From contig CAWFKH010000003.1 in the NCBI GenBank assembly GCA_963816355.1, positions 64,001-128,000 of the forward strand: DNA of 64,000 bases, read 5' to 3'. Origin of the DNA: an uncultured Gemmatimonadales bacterium (GTDB lineage: Bacteria; Gemmatimonadota; Gemmatimonadetes; Longimicrobiales; RSA9). A model generated the notes under the pieces. That model was not told the DNA's origin. It worked only from the letters and a program-made list of their open reading frames with translations, and did not search any database. A program made the position numbers and the translations under genes. Numbering within the stretch: position 1 is the first letter of the stretch; each line of letters opens with the position of its first letter. Below, one piece after another: positions 1 to 10,586 of this stretch.

Positions 1-2
1 AC

Positions 3-554
3 CGGGACCCGTATCAGCTGCTCGTCGCGACGATCCTTTCGGCGCAGTGCACGGACGAGCGCGTGAACCGGGTCACGCCGGCGCTCTTCGAGCGCTACCC
101 GGACGTGGAGGACCTCGCCGGGGCGCGCGCGGAGGACGTCGAGGCGCTGATCCGGTCGACCGGCTTCTTCCGCAACAAGACGAAGAGCCTGCTCGGCATG
201 GCGAACGCGGTGGTGGACCGGCACGAGGGAGAGATCCCCGCCGCCATGGACGCGCTCACGAAGCTGCCGGGAGTGGGCCGCAAGACCGCGAACGTGGTCC
301 TGGGCAACGCGTTCGACACGAACGTGGGCGTGGTCGTGGACACGCACGTGAAGCGGCTCTCGAAGCGGCTGGGGCTGAGCGGCCAGACGGACGCGGTGAA
401 GATCGAGAAGGAGCTCATGGAAGTCGTGCCCCGCGACGAATGGACGGACGTGTCGCATCTCTTCATCTTCCACGGGCGGGCGGTGTGCCGGGCGCCGACC
501 CCGAGATGTGGGGAGTGCGTGCTGAGTGACATCTGCCCGTCGAGCCGGGTGTGA
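3..554 (+). CDS. nth: Endonuclease III (5'-truncated by window edge)
   Basis: Frame reads RDPYQLLVATILSAQCTDERVN...; HhH motif LPGVGRKTAN, VVDTHV, C-terminal CRAPTPRCGECVLSDIC 4Fe-4S motif. Confidence 0.95.
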   Translation, partial: RDPYQLLVATILSAQCTDERVNRVTPALFERYPDVEDLAGARAEDVEALIRSTGFFRNKTKSLLGMANAVVDRHEGEIPAAMDALTKLPGVGRKTANVVLGNAFDTNVGVVVDTHVKRLSKRLGLSGQTDAVKIEKELMEVVPRDEWTDVSHLFIFHGRAVCRAPTPRCGECVLSDICPSSRV

Positions 555-609
555 GGGCCGGGTGCGGGATGCGGGCCTGCGGCCTGTGCGTGGCGCGGGT
601 GGATCGGGC

Positions 610-2817
610 ATGAGTGAGCGCCCGACGCTCGAGGGCTCCGCGAGTCCGTTCCTGCGGCACGGCGCCGAGCAGCCGGTGCGCTGGTTGCCGTGGGGCGCCG
701 AGGCGCTCGAGCTGGCGCGGGCCCAGGACCGGCCGATCCTGCTCGATATCGGCGCCGCGTGGTGCCACTGGTGCCACGTCATGGACCGCGAGAGCTACGA
801 GGATCCCGCCACGGCGGCACTCGTGAACGAGCTGTTCGTCCCGGTGAAGGTGGACCGCGACGAGCGGCCGGACGTCGACGCCCGCTATCAGCGCGCCGTG
901 CAGGCACTCACGGGCCAGGGCGGCTGGCCGCTCACGGCCTTCCTCGCGCCCGACGGCCGCGCCTTCTACGGCGGCACCTACTTTCCGCCGCAGGACGGCC
1001 ATGGCCGCCCCTCCTTCCGGCGCGTGCTACGCGAGATCGCGCGCGTCTGGCGTGAGGACCGCGACGGCGCGCTGAAGCAGGCCGACGCGCTGCGCGGCCG
1101 CCTCGCGGAGTCCGACGCCGCGCTGCGCCAGGGGGCGGAGCTGTCGAGCGCGCTCGGCGACGTCGCCGTCGAGGCGCTCGCGGACGAGTTCGACTTCCGC
1201 CATGGCGGCTTCGGGCGCGCGCCGAAGTTCCCGAACCCGGGTGGTCTGCACCTCCTTCTCGACCGCTGGCTCGACGACGGCGTCGACTGGCAGCGCCGCG
1301 TCGTCCTCGAGACGCTGCGCGCCATGGGCCGCGGCGGCGTCTTCGACCAGCTCGGCGGCGGCTTCCACCGCTACGCCACCGACGCACGCTGGCTGATCCC
1401 CCACTTCGAGAAGATGGCGTACGACAACGGCCCCCTCCTCGAGCTCTACGCCCGCGCCGCCGCCACGCTCGACGAGCCGTTCTTCGCCGACGTCGCGCGC
1501 GCGATCCTGCGCTACTACGACGACGTCGCGCCCGCGCTCCTCGCGCGCGGCGGCTTCCCGGCGTCGCAGGACGCCGACATCGGCATGGACGACGACGGCG
1601 ACTACTGGACGTGGACCGCCGACGAGGTCCGCGACGCCCTCGGCGGCGACGGGCGCGCCACGCGTGCCGCGCTGCTGCGCTACGGCTTCGACGATCCGGG
1701 CGCCGCGATGCACCTGGACCCGGACCGCCACGTCCTTTTCCTCGGCCGCGAAGCCGGGGAGGTCGCCGCGCGCCTCGACGACGACGCCCGCGGCGACGAC
1801 GGGACGGCGCCCGCGCGCCTCGACGACGCCGCCCGCGCGCTCCTCGACGCCGCCGCCCGCGCGCTCCTCGACGCCCGCGCGCGGCGGCCGCGTCCCTTCG
1901 TCGACGAGACCGTCTACGCCGACTGGACCGCCCTCGTCGCCTCCGGCCACATCGCCGCCGCGCGCCACCTCGGCGCGGCGGACGCCGGCGCGGCCGCGCT
2001 GCGCGCGCTCGACCGCGTCTGGGACGACGGCTGGACCGCCGGCGAGGGCGTCGACCACAGGCCTGGCGGCGCACCGGCCGGCCGCTTCCTGGCGGACCAG
2101 GCGTGCCTCGCGCAGGCGTGCCTCGACGCCTTCGAGCTCACCCAGGACCAGCGATGGCTCCGCCGCGCCCGCGCGCTCGCCGACGTCGCGATCGACCGCT
2201 TCACCGCCCCCGACGGCGCCGGCTTCGTCGACCGCGCAGTGGACGCTGCGGAGGGCGTCGGCGCGCTCGCCGAGCCGCACCGCCCGATCGCCGACGCGCC
2301 GGAGCCCGCCGGCAACGCGGTCGAGGCGCTCGCGCTGCTGCGGCTGCACGCGCTCACGGGCGAGGAGCGCTACCGGCGCGCGGCGCTGCGCACGCTCACC
2401 GCCTTCGCCGGCGCCGCCCGCCGCCTCGGCGCGGGCGCCGCGACCTACTTCCGCGCGGTCGACTGGGCGACACGCCCCGTGACCACGGTCGTCGTCGTGG
2501 GCGCCGAGGAGGACGCCGCCTCCGACCCGCTCTTCCGCGCCGCGCTCGGCGTGCACCGGCCGCGCACCGTGCTGCGCCGGCTGCGCGCCGGGGAGGCGCC
2601 GGCGGGGGAGCGGCGCGACGCTGGCGCCGCGATCGAGCGTGCGGAGGGCGGCGCGGCGGTCGCCCCCCCGCCCGAGCCGACCGCGCTGCCCCCGGAGCTG
2701 CGCGCGATGCTGAGCGGCGACGCGCCACGCGCCTACGTCTGCGTCGGGCGCACCTGCGCCGCGCCGGTCTCCGATCCCGCTGCGCTGGACGCGCTCCTGC
2801 GGACGTTTCGCGGATGA
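610..2817 (+). CDS. YyaL/SSP411 family thioredoxin-domain protein (DUF255 + alpha/alpha toroid)
   Basis: SPFLRHG..PVRW, WCHWCHVM, KVDRDERPD, GGWPLT, PHFEKMAYDN, terminal AYVCVGRTC. Confidence 0.92.
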   Translation: MSERPTLEGSASPFLRHGAEQPVRWLPWGAEALELARAQDRPILLDIGAAWCHWCHVMDRESYEDPATAALVNELFVPVKVDRDERPDVDARYQRAVQALTGQGGWPLTAFLAPDGRAFYGGTYFPPQDGHGRPSFRRVLREIARVWREDRDGALKQADALRGRLAESDAALRQGAELSSALGDVAVEALADEFDFRHGGFGRAPKFPNPGGLHLLLDRWLDDGVDWQRRVVLETLRAMGRGGVFDQLGGGFHRYATDARWLIPHFEKMAYDNGPLLELYARAAATLDEPFFADVARAILRYYDDVAPALLARGGFPASQDADIGMDDDGDYWTWTADEVRDALGGDGRATRAALLRYGFDDPGAAMHLDPDRHVLFLGREAGEVAARLDDDARGDDGTAPARLDDAARALLDAAARALLDARARRPRPFVDETVYADWTALVASGHIAAARHLGAADAGAAALRALDRVWDDGWTAGEGVDHRPGGAPAGRFLADQACLAQACLDAFELTQDQRWLRRARALADVAIDRFTAPDGAGFVDRAVDAAEGVGALAEPHRPIADAPEPAGNAVEALALLRLHALTGEERYRRAALRTLTAFAGAARRLGAGAATYFRAVDWATRPVTTVVVVGAEEDAASDPLFRAALGVHRPRTVLRRLRAGEAPAGERRDAGAAIERAEGGAAVAPPPEPTALPPELRAMLSGDAPRAYVCVGRTCAAPVSDPAALDALLRTFRG

Positions 2818-3926
2818 GCGCCGCCATCCCCGCGGGTGCCGCGCCCCTGGCCGATCTTCCCTCCACGATGCTTGCCGCGCGCCTCGTCGCCGCGGACCGC
2901 TTCGAGCTCGAGCGGCGGCCGGTGCCGCGGCCCGGCGAGGGCGAATTGCTGCTGCGCGTCGACGCGGCGCTCACCTGCGGCACGGACCTCAAGACGCTGC
3001 GCCGCGGCCACCCGCGCCTTCCGCTGCCGGCGCCGATGGGGCACGAAGCCGCCGGCACCGTCGCGGCCGTGGGTTCCGGCGTGCGCCGCTTCCGCACCGG
3101 CGACGCCGTCGTCTTCGTTCCCACGGCGCCGTGCGGCGTGTGCCGCCTCTGCCGCCGCGGCCGGGAGAACCTCTGTCCGGACGCGGTCGGCCGCATGGTG
3201 CTCGGCGCGTTCGCCGAGTACCTGCTCCTCCCGCGCCACGTCGTGCGGCGGCACGTCTTTCCCCGGCCCGATGGGCTCGCCGCCCGGGAGGCCGCCGCGC
3301 TCGAGCCGCTCGCCTGCGTGGTGCACGGCGCCCGCCGCCTGGACCTCGAGCGCGCGGAGACGGTCGCGCTGGTCGGCGACGGCGCGATCGCCCTGCTCTT
3401 CGTACAGGTGGCGCGCGCGCTCGGCGCGCCTCGCATCCTCGTCGCAGGGCGCCACCCCCACCGCCTGGCCGTCGCCGCGGAGCTCGGCGCGGATCGCACC
3501 ATCGAGGTTCCGGAAGGCGACGAAGCGCGACTCCGCGCGGCCGTTTCCCGGGAGACCGGCGGCGCCGGCGCGGACGTCGTCGTCGAGTGCGTCGGCACCC
3601 CCCGGACGTGGGAGCTCGCCTCCAGCCTCGCCGCGGCCGGCGGCGAGGTCCTGCTCTTCGGCGGCTGCGCGGCGGGCACGCACGCGCGCTTCGACACCGA
3701 GCGGCTGCACTACGGCGAGGTCGACCACAGCGCGGCCTTCCACTACGCGCCCGCGGACGTCGCCGACGCGCTCGACCTCCTCGCGCGCGGCACGGTGCGC
3801 GCCGCGCCTCTCGTGACGCACGCGCGGCCGCTTTCCGAGCTCGACGACGCGATCCACCTCGCGCTCTCCCGTGCCGCGATCAAGGTCGCGATCCTGCCCG
3901 GCCGCGACCCGGACGCCGCGCCGTGA
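2814..3926 (+). CDS. Zn-dependent alcohol/polyol dehydrogenase (MDR family) #1
   Basis: CGTD, GHE, CGVCRLC..C structural Zn motif, EPLAC; ATGA overlap with upstream stop. Confidence 0.9.
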   Translation: MSAAIPAGAAPLADLPSTMLAARLVAADRFELERRPVPRPGEGELLLRVDAALTCGTDLKTLRRGHPRLPLPAPMGHEAAGTVAAVGSGVRRFRTGDAVVFVPTAPCGVCRLCRRGRENLCPDAVGRMVLGAFAEYLLLPRHVVRRHVFPRPDGLAAREAAALEPLACVVHGARRLDLERAETVALVGDGAIALLFVQVARALGAPRILVAGRHPHRLAVAAELGADRTIEVPEGDEARLRAAVSRETGGAGADVVVECVGTPRTWELASSLAAAGGEVLLFGGCAAGTHARFDTERLHYGEVDHSAAFHYAPADVADALDLLARGTVRAAPLVTHARPLSELDDAIHLALSRAAIKVAILPGRDPDAAP

Positions 3927-4993
3927 GCGTCGTCCCCGATCGCATGCGCGTCGCCCGTCTTCACGGCTGGGGCGACGTGCGCGTCGAGGAGGCGCCGGTG
4001 CCGCTTCCCGGCGCCGGCGAGGCGCTCGTCCGCATCGACGCGTGCGGCGTCTGCGGCTCCGACGCGCTCGACTGGTACGTCGCCCGCAAGGCAGCCGCGC
4101 GCCCGGTCGTGCTCGGCCACGAGCCGGCGGGCGTCGTCGTCGCGCTCGGCGAGGGCGTCGCCACGCTGAGCGTGGGCGATCGCGTCTTCGTCCACCACCA
4201 CGCCCCCTGCCTCGCCTGCGCCGAATGCCGCCGCGGCCTCTGGTCCAGCTGCGCCACGTGGCGCGGCCGGCACCTCGAGCCGGGCGGCTTCGCCGACTAC
4301 GCCCTCGCCTCGGCGACCACCGTCGCCCACGACACGCTCGTCCTGCCCGACGCGATGGAGATGGAGACCGCCAGCTTCATCGAGCCAGTGGCGTGCGGCG
4401 TCCGCGCCGTGCGCCGCCACGGCCGCATCGAGCGCGACGACGTCGTCCTCGTCGTCGGCCTCGGCGCGATGGGCCTGCTCATCGCGCAGATCGCACGCGA
4501 CGCCGGCGCCCGCGCGGTCGTCGGCAGTGACTTCCTTCCCGACCGCCGCGAGCTCGCCGCCCGCATCGCGGTCGACATCGCCCTCGATCCGCGCGCCGCC
4601 GCCGTCGCCGCCACCGCCCGCGAGCTGTCCGGCGGCCGCGGCGCCGACGTCGTCGTCGTATGCCCGGGCGATGCCGCCGCCGTGAAGGCGGGCATCGACG
4701 CCGCCGCCCCGGGCGCGCGCGTCGTCTGCTTCACGCCGCTGCCGCCGGAGAGCCCGCTCGACCTCGACCTGTCCAGCCTCTACTTCCGCGAGATCACCCT
4801 CACCCAGAGCTACTCCTGCGGCCCTGACGAAACGCGCGAGGCGCTGCGCCTGCTGAGCGAGGGCCGCCTCGACGTCGCGCCGCTCGTCACCCACCGCGTC
4901 GGCCTCGGCGGCGTGGGAGACGCCATCCTCCGCGCGGCGGGGAAGGGAAGCGTGGCGGGAATCAAGACGATCGTCTTCCCCGCCCGCGAGTAG
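3923..4993 (+). CDS. Zn-dependent alcohol/polyol dehydrogenase (MDR family) #2
   Basis: CGSD, GHE, CLACAEC..C, GLGAMG Rossmann motif; GTGA overlap. Confidence 0.9.
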   Translation: MSVVPDRMRVARLHGWGDVRVEEAPVPLPGAGEALVRIDACGVCGSDALDWYVARKAAARPVVLGHEPAGVVVALGEGVATLSVGDRVFVHHHAPCLACAECRRGLWSSCATWRGRHLEPGGFADYALASATTVAHDTLVLPDAMEMETASFIEPVACGVRAVRRHGRIERDDVVLVVGLGAMGLLIAQIARDAGARAVVGSDFLPDRRELAARIAVDIALDPRAAAVAATARELSGGRGADVVVVCPGDAAAVKAGIDAAAPGARVVCFTPLPPESPLDLDLSSLYFREITLTQSYSCGPDETREALRLLSEGRLDVAPLVTHRVGLGGVGDAILRAAGKGSVAGIKTIVFPARE

Positions 4994-5152
4994 CGGGACC
5001 TGGATCGGACCGCCGCGATGGGGGTCCGGCGGCGTTTCCGAACGCGCGCCGCAGAGGCCGTAGCGCCCGCCATCGGCCCTCCCGTTGCACGCTTCTTGCG
5101 ATTAAATGACGTGCTCACAATGACTTACAAGCATACGAACCGAGAGGTACCC

Positions 5153-5737
5153 ATGGCACGCGAGCTGGAAGGCAAGAAGGTCGCGATCCTGCTGACCGAC
5201 GGCTTCGAACAGGTGGAGATGACGGAACCGCGGCGCGCGCTGCAGGAGGCGGGCGCGGAGACCGACCTCGTCTCACCCAAGGACGGCGAGGTGAAGGGGT
5301 GGAACCACACGGAGTGGGGCGACACGTTCGACGTGGACGTGGCGCTGGAAGGGGCGCGGCCGGAGGCGTACGACGCGCTGCTGCTGCCGGGCGGGGTGAT
5401 GAACCCGGATCAGCTGCGCATGGACGAGCGGGCGGTGAGCTTCACGCGTTCGTTCTTCGAAAGCGGCAAGCCGGTGGCGGCGATCTGCCACGGGCCGTGG
5501 ACGCTGGTCGAGGCGGACGTGGTTCGCGGCCGGACGGTGACGTCGTGGCCGTCGCTGCGGACGGACCTGCGCAACGCGGGCGCGGAGTGGGTGGACCGCG
5601 AGGTGGTGACGGACCACGGTCTGGTCACCAGCCGCAAGCCGGATGACCTGCCGGCCTTCAACCGCAAGATGATCGAGGAGTTCGCCGAAGGCGTGCACGA
5701 AGAGCAGCGCCGCCCCGCCGGCGCCGGCGTCGCCTAG
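5153..5737 (+). CDS. PfpI/DJ-1 family (type 1 glutamine amidotransferase-like) protein
   Basis: DGFEQVE, LLLPGG, AICHGP nucleophile elbow, TSRKPDD; GAGG upstream of ATG 5153. Confidence 0.93.
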   Translation: MARELEGKKVAILLTDGFEQVEMTEPRRALQEAGAETDLVSPKDGEVKGWNHTEWGDTFDVDVALEGARPEAYDALLLPGGVMNPDQLRMDERAVSFTRSFFESGKPVAAICHGPWTLVEADVVRGRTVTSWPSLRTDLRNAGAEWVDREVVTDHGLVTSRKPDDLPAFNRKMIEEFAEGVHEEQRRPAGAGVA

Positions 5738-6597
5738 GGCCGGGATCCGTCGGGGGCCGGTGGGTTCACCTTCACGTCCTTGACGTCGATCTCCATGTGC
5801 ATGCCGCCGCCTGCGAGCATCTTCTGGAGCCGCTCCATCTGCGGCCCCATCATCTTCTCCATCATCTGCTTCTGGGCGTCCGGCATGTCCTTCATCTGCG
5901 CCTGGAGCTGATCGAGCGACTGCTGCGCCTTCGCCCGGTCCTCGGGACTCATGGCATTCTCGATGCCCTGCATGTCCATGGTCGTGTGGAACGGGTAGAG
6001 GAGGCCATCAATGTCGCGGTAGTCCTCCATGTCCATCACCATGGTGACGGCGGTCGTCTGCCCGTTCACCGCCATCTGCCCGCCGACGCGGATCCGGCGC
6101 GGGACGTACTGCGCCTTGTCCAGGAAGATCACCATCGTCTGCGGCGTGAAGCCGCTGTTGTCCGCGGCGCGCTTCCAGACGGAGATGCCGGAGAGGTCGT
6201 CGATCTGGATGACGTGGCTGGCGTGGCCGTCGACCGCCTCGCTCCCCTTCAGGGTCGCGCGCTCGGCGAGCTCCGGGAAGGAGCCGTAGACGTCCGCCTC
6301 CTGTGCCGCGGAGCGCTGCTGCGGCTTCAGCGCGACGCCGTTGCCCTCCATGCTGACGCTGGAGCTGAAGACGGGCGGGTCGCTGCCCTCGACGCGCGTG
6401 AAGTGCGCCGTGGCCTGCATGCCCATCATCTCCTGTACGACGGTATAGGAGTCGATGCCCTTCATGCGGCTGGCGTAGCGGTCCATCGCCGTGCGCAGGA
6501 GGTCGCCGGCCGATTGCGCGGCGGCGGGCCGCGGCGCCACTGTGCAGAGCAGGCCGAGCAGCAGCGGGACGAGAGGAAGTCGGCGTCGTGGATTCAT
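5734..6597 (-). CDS. Secreted hypothetical protein, possibly LolA-like fold
   Basis: Signal peptide (RRRLPLVPLLLGLL..AAAQ), DYRDIDGLLYPF strand motif, Met/Gln-rich helical insert. Confidence 0.7.
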   Translation of the reverse strand: MNPRRRLPLVPLLLGLLCTVAPRPAAAQSAGDLLRTAMDRYASRMKGIDSYTVVQEMMGMQATAHFTRVEGSDPPVFSSSVSMEGNGVALKPQQRSAAQEADVYGSFPELAERATLKGSEAVDGHASHVIQIDDLSGISVWKRAADNSGFTPQTMVIFLDKAQYVPRRIRVGGQMAVNGQTTAVTMVMDMEDYRDIDGLLYPFHTTMDMQGIENAMSPEDRAKAQQSLDQLQAQMKDMPDAQKQMMEKMMGPQMERLQKMLAGGGMHMEIDVKDVKVNPPAPDGSRP

Positions 6598-6645
6598 GAG
6601 GAATCCTGCCTCACACCCGCCCCGCTGTCAATTCACCCCCGTCCG

Positions 6646-9597
6646 TCACCGCCGCGGAGATCCCGCGTCGCCCTTCTTGAACCGCTTCTCCTGCACCAGG
6701 TAGGGCAGGCCGTCGGTGATCCAGTCCGGCGCCGGCTCGCCCTTCAGGTAGTGAGCGAACCACGCCATGATCCGCCGGTGGTAGTCGATCTGGTCCGGCT
6801 TCTTCGACAGCCCGTGGTTCTCGCCGTTGTATACGAGCAGCACGAGGTCCTTCTTCGCGCGCCGCGCCGCGTTGTAGAACTCGACGGCCTGGTTGAAGTC
6901 GACGGCGCCATCCTTCGTCCCGTCCTCGACCAGCAGCGGCGTGTTCAGCTTCTCGATGTTGAAGACGGGCGAATTGGCGCGGTAGGCGTCGAGGTCCTTC
7001 CAGAACGGGACCTCCATGCGGCCCTGACTGATCTCGAAGATGCGCGCGTCGGTGCTGCCGGAGTTCCAGTAGACCGACAGGTACATGCTGTAGAGGTCGG
7101 TGAGCGGTGCGCCGGCGACGGCGGCGGCGAAGACGTCCGTCTGCGTCACCGTGAACGCGGTCTGGTAACCGCCCCACGAGTGCCCGATCAGACCCACGCG
7201 CTGCGGGTCGATGTCGCCGCGCTGCAGCACGGTCTTCACCGCCGGGACGATCGCGTCGACGGCGGAGAGGCCCGGATTCCGGTCGCGGTAGACGATGTCA
7301 GGCTGGAAGACGAAGTACCCCTCCTGGGTGAAGTCGGTGAAGTTGTAGTAGCTGCGCTCCGACGGCTCCGAGTAGTTGTGCACGCTCGGCGAGCGGATCT
7401 CGTAGATGTAGACGATCATCGGGTATTTCTTCCCCGGCTGGTAGCCGGCCGGGTAGTAGAGCGAGCCCTGCAGCCGCCGCCCCTCCGCGTTGCGGAACTC
7501 GACCAGCTCGGAGCGGCCCCAGGCGTACTCCGTCTGGAAGGGGTTCGTGTGCGTCACCTGGGACGCGCCGCGCAGATCCGGTCCGCCGACGAAGTAGTCC
7601 GGCGAGTCGTCGAAGTCTTCGGCGGTGTAGCCGTAGACGTCGGCGTCCTTCGCCTTGAGCAGCCGGCTCACGTTCTCGTCCGCCCACACCAGACGCCGCG
7701 GCTTCTCTCCCGGCCGGGCGCGGGCGTAGCCGTACTTCTTCGACCATTCGCCATACGTCCAGTAGTAGATCGGCTGTGACGGATCGATCGCGTCCGCTTC
7801 GGGATCGAGCGTGACGACGCGGTAGCGCACGCTGTCCGCGGCGCCGTCCGTGAGCCGCTCGGCGCCCGAGCCGTCCGGCGCCACGCGCCACACGTCGTAC
7901 TTCGAGTCGAGCAGCACCGCCCGGTCCCCCTTCAGCCAGCCGCCGTCGCCGTACGGCGGCTTCTCGGCGATCGTGTGATCGTCCTCGACGTCTACGAAGG
8001 GCGTGCCGAGCTTTCCGGTCAGGTCGAGCCTCGCGCCGCTCCGCACGTCGTAGCTCCAGTAGTCGCCGCCGTCGACGTAGAGCAGATAGCGCCCATCCGG
8101 GCTCACGCCGCGGAAATACTGCACCTTCTCGAGCGCCTTCGTGCGCGCGCCCGTCGCGAGATCCGCCACGTAGACGTCCTCGTACGCCGGCCCGAACATC
8201 GCACTCTCCAGGTACGGGGCGCGGTCGAGCACGACCGCGGTGCGGTCGTTCGCGCTCAGGCGCACGTCCTCGTCCGGCCCGTTTCCGAGCCGCACGAAAG
8301 CGCCGTCGTCCAGGTTCCATGCGGCCAGGTCGTTGCGCTCCCGGTAGCGCGCGTTGCGCGCCTTCTGCTCCGGGATGATCTCGCGGTCCTTCGCGTGCCA
8401 GATCTCGACCGCGGGCTTTTCCTCTCCCTCGTCGGCCGCCGGCCCGCCCTTCGTCTGCGACGCGGCGTCCGCCTTCCCCGCGCCCGTCGCCGCGCCCTCC
8501 TTCGCGGCGCCCGTCCTTGCTCCCGCGCTGTCCGCCTCCGCCGCGCGCGCTTCCGGCTCCTCCTTCGCCTCGCGCGCCTTGATGCCGAAGAAGAGCGCGG
8601 AGCCGTCCTTCGCCCAGCGCAGCGGCCGGAAGTCGACGATACGCAGGCCCGCCGGGAATCCACTGGCGCCCGCCGGGTCGAAGACGCGTGCGCGTCGATC
8701 GCTGCGGGCGACGTCCCGCCACGCGAGGACGACGTGCGCGGAGTCGGCCCAGCCGGAGTCGGCCACCGCCTTCAGCACGGCGAGGTCCGGATGGTCCTTG
8801 CGCCACGCGAGATCGCCGTAGCCGGCGGCGCCGGAGTCGAGCGGCCGCAGCGTGCCGGTGCCGGCGTCGTAGAGCTGAACGCCGCGTCCCGTCGCATCCG
8901 CGTCGTCGACGACCATCGCCAGCAGCGCGCCATGGTCCGCCCACTCGAACGACGCCACGTGGCCGAAGTGGAGGTCGCGCTTCGTCGTCAGGTCCCGCAC
9001 CAGCAGGTCGCTCCCGTGCTCGCCCTCGGCCGGGTGCCGCTGTACCGCCGCGTAGTGGCCGTCGCCGCTGAACGCGACCCGCCCGGCGTCCGGGATCAGC
9101 ACCGTGTCCCCCCGCTCGAGGTCGAGCAGCCCGGCGTCGCCGTGGACCGGCTTCTTCGCCTTCTCGAGCTTCTTTCGCTCCGCCTCCGAGACGCCGATCT
9201 CGTACGCCGCCCACCGGCCGTCCTTCGAGAACACGCCATTCTGGCCGTGGGCGACGACGACGACGGAGTCCGTCCCCACGCGCCGGATCCGCAGCTCGTT
9301 CTCCTCGTTCGTGCGCGAGATCGGCACGGCGAGCCAGCGGCCGCGCGGCGACAGCGTCGCGAAGCCGAGACGCTCCCACCGGCCGTAGTCGGCGGGGGCG
9401 AGCGTGCGCAGCGCCGCGCCCGGCGCGGCGGGCGTGTCGGCGGCGATCGAGTCGGCGGCCGGGCGCGCCGCCGCCGCCGGGACGCCCGCCTGCTGCGCCC
9501 GCAGGCACCACGGCGACGCCGGCAGCGCGGCGGCGAAGGCGAAGACGACGATGCGGGTGCGGAAGGGGGTCGGGAGGTGAGACGTGCGACGTCGCAT
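6646..9597 (-). CDS. S9 family (prolyl oligopeptidase-like) secreted peptidase
   Basis: Signal peptide, beta-propeller repeats, catalytic GHSWGG, D (GTKDGAV) and H (GENHGL). Confidence 0.92.
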   Translation of the reverse strand: MRRRTSHLPTPFRTRIVVFAFAAALPASPWCLRAQQAGVPAAAARPAADSIAADTPAAPGAALRTLAPADYGRWERLGFATLSPRGRWLAVPISRTNEENELRIRRVGTDSVVVVAHGQNGVFSKDGRWAAYEIGVSEAERKKLEKAKKPVHGDAGLLDLERGDTVLIPDAGRVAFSGDGHYAAVQRHPAEGEHGSDLLVRDLTTKRDLHFGHVASFEWADHGALLAMVVDDADATGRGVQLYDAGTGTLRPLDSGAAGYGDLAWRKDHPDLAVLKAVADSGWADSAHVVLAWRDVARSDRRARVFDPAGASGFPAGLRIVDFRPLRWAKDGSALFFGIKAREAKEEPEARAAEADSAGARTGAAKEGAATGAGKADAASQTKGGPAADEGEEKPAVEIWHAKDREIIPEQKARNARYRERNDLAAWNLDDGAFVRLGNGPDEDVRLSANDRTAVVLDRAPYLESAMFGPAYEDVYVADLATGARTKALEKVQYFRGVSPDGRYLLYVDGGDYWSYDVRSGARLDLTGKLGTPFVDVEDDHTIAEKPPYGDGGWLKGDRAVLLDSKYDVWRVAPDGSGAERLTDGAADSVRYRVVTLDPEADAIDPSQPIYYWTYGEWSKKYGYARARPGEKPRRLVWADENVSRLLKAKDADVYGYTAEDFDDSPDYFVGGPDLRGASQVTHTNPFQTEYAWGRSELVEFRNAEGRRLQGSLYYPAGYQPGKKYPMIVYIYEIRSPSVHNYSEPSERSYYNFTDFTQEGYFVFQPDIVYRDRNPGLSAVDAIVPAVKTVLQRGDIDPQRVGLIGHSWGGYQTAFTVTQTDVFAAAVAGAPLTDLYSMYLSVYWNSGSTDARIFEISQGRMEVPFWKDLDAYRANSPVFNIEKLNTPLLVEDGTKDGAVDFNQAVEFYNAARRAKKDLVLLVYNGENHGLSKKPDQIDYHRRIMAWFAHYLKGEPAPDWITDGLPYLVQEKRFKKGDAGSPRR

Positions 9598-9930
9598 GGC
9601 GGATCTCCTGCGCTCGAGACGGGGCCGCCGTCCGAGGCGGCGCTCGACTGGACCGCAAAGATAGACGCGCCGTGCTGCGTCCGCACGCCCGCGCCGTCCA
9701 GCCGCCGGATCGGCTGCGGGCGGGCGGAGCGCCGCCCAAGAAGCCGAGCGGGCCGAACGGGCCGCGTCGCGCGCGATCGCGGCCGCCTCGTGCGACGTGG
9801 CCCTCGCGGTCCTATGTTACGGCACGCACGCGCCGGCGGAGCCCCACCGCTTCGGCGACCCGACGTCGGAGCCGTTCGGCTTTCCGTGCATCGTCGGCCA
9901 GGATCGCGACCGTCCCATCCCGATCGGAGG

Positions 9931-10509
9931 ATGACTTTGCCATCGCGAGAGGAAGCGCTGCAGCTGCTCGAGGAGTGGGTGCCGAACGCGAACCTGCGCG
10001 GCCACATGAAGGCGGTGGAGGCCGCCGTGCGCAGCTACGCGCGTCGCTTCGGCGAGGACGAGGAGCGCTGGGGGCTGGCGGGGCTGCTGCACGACCTCGA
10101 CTGGGAGAAGTATCCGGAGGAGCACCCGCTGCGCGCCGTCGAGGCGCTGCGCGAGCGTGGCTACCCCGAGGAGATCCTCCACGCCATCCTCGCCCATCGC
10201 GCCGACTTCACCGGCGTGCAGCCGGAGACGAAGCTCGACCGCACGCTGCTCGCCTGCGACGAGGTCACCGGCATGGTCACCGCCACCGCGCTGGTGCGGC
10301 CGACGGGGATCGACGACCTGACGCCAAAGTCGGTGAAGAAGAAGCTGAAGGACTCGACGTTCGCGAAGGGCGTCGACCGCGAGGAGGTTCGCCACGGCGC
10401 CGAGCTGCTGGGCGTCGAGCTGACCGAGCACATCCAGAACGTGATCGACGCGATGCGCGGCATCGGCGAGGAGCTGGGGCTCACCGGCCCGCAGGTGAGC
10501 GGCGGCTGA
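9931..10509 (+). CDS. HD/HDIG domain metal-dependent phosphohydrolase
   Basis: H..AVE, GLLHDLD, AILAH, LLACDE; SD GGAGG directly before ATG. Confidence 0.9.
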   Translation: MTLPSREEALQLLEEWVPNANLRGHMKAVEAAVRSYARRFGEDEERWGLAGLLHDLDWEKYPEEHPLRAVEALRERGYPEEILHAILAHRADFTGVQPETKLDRTLLACDEVTGMVTATALVRPTGIDDLTPKSVKKKLKDSTFAKGVDREEVRHGAELLGVELTEHIQNVIDAMRGIGEELGLTGPQVSGG

Positions 10510-10586
10510 GGGAGGTCGAGCGCATTCCGGTCCCGCTCGCGACGAGGGGGACGTTTCCGTCTTCCACCCACGAAAGAGGTAGAGCC

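Noticed and set aside
9598..9930. tRNA, riboswitch or other ncRNA in the larger intergenic gaps (also 12552-12865, 36811-36994, 59566-59694)
   Set aside because: No cloverleaf, T-loop or known riboswitch consensus recognised by eye; a covariance-model search is needed to exclude them.
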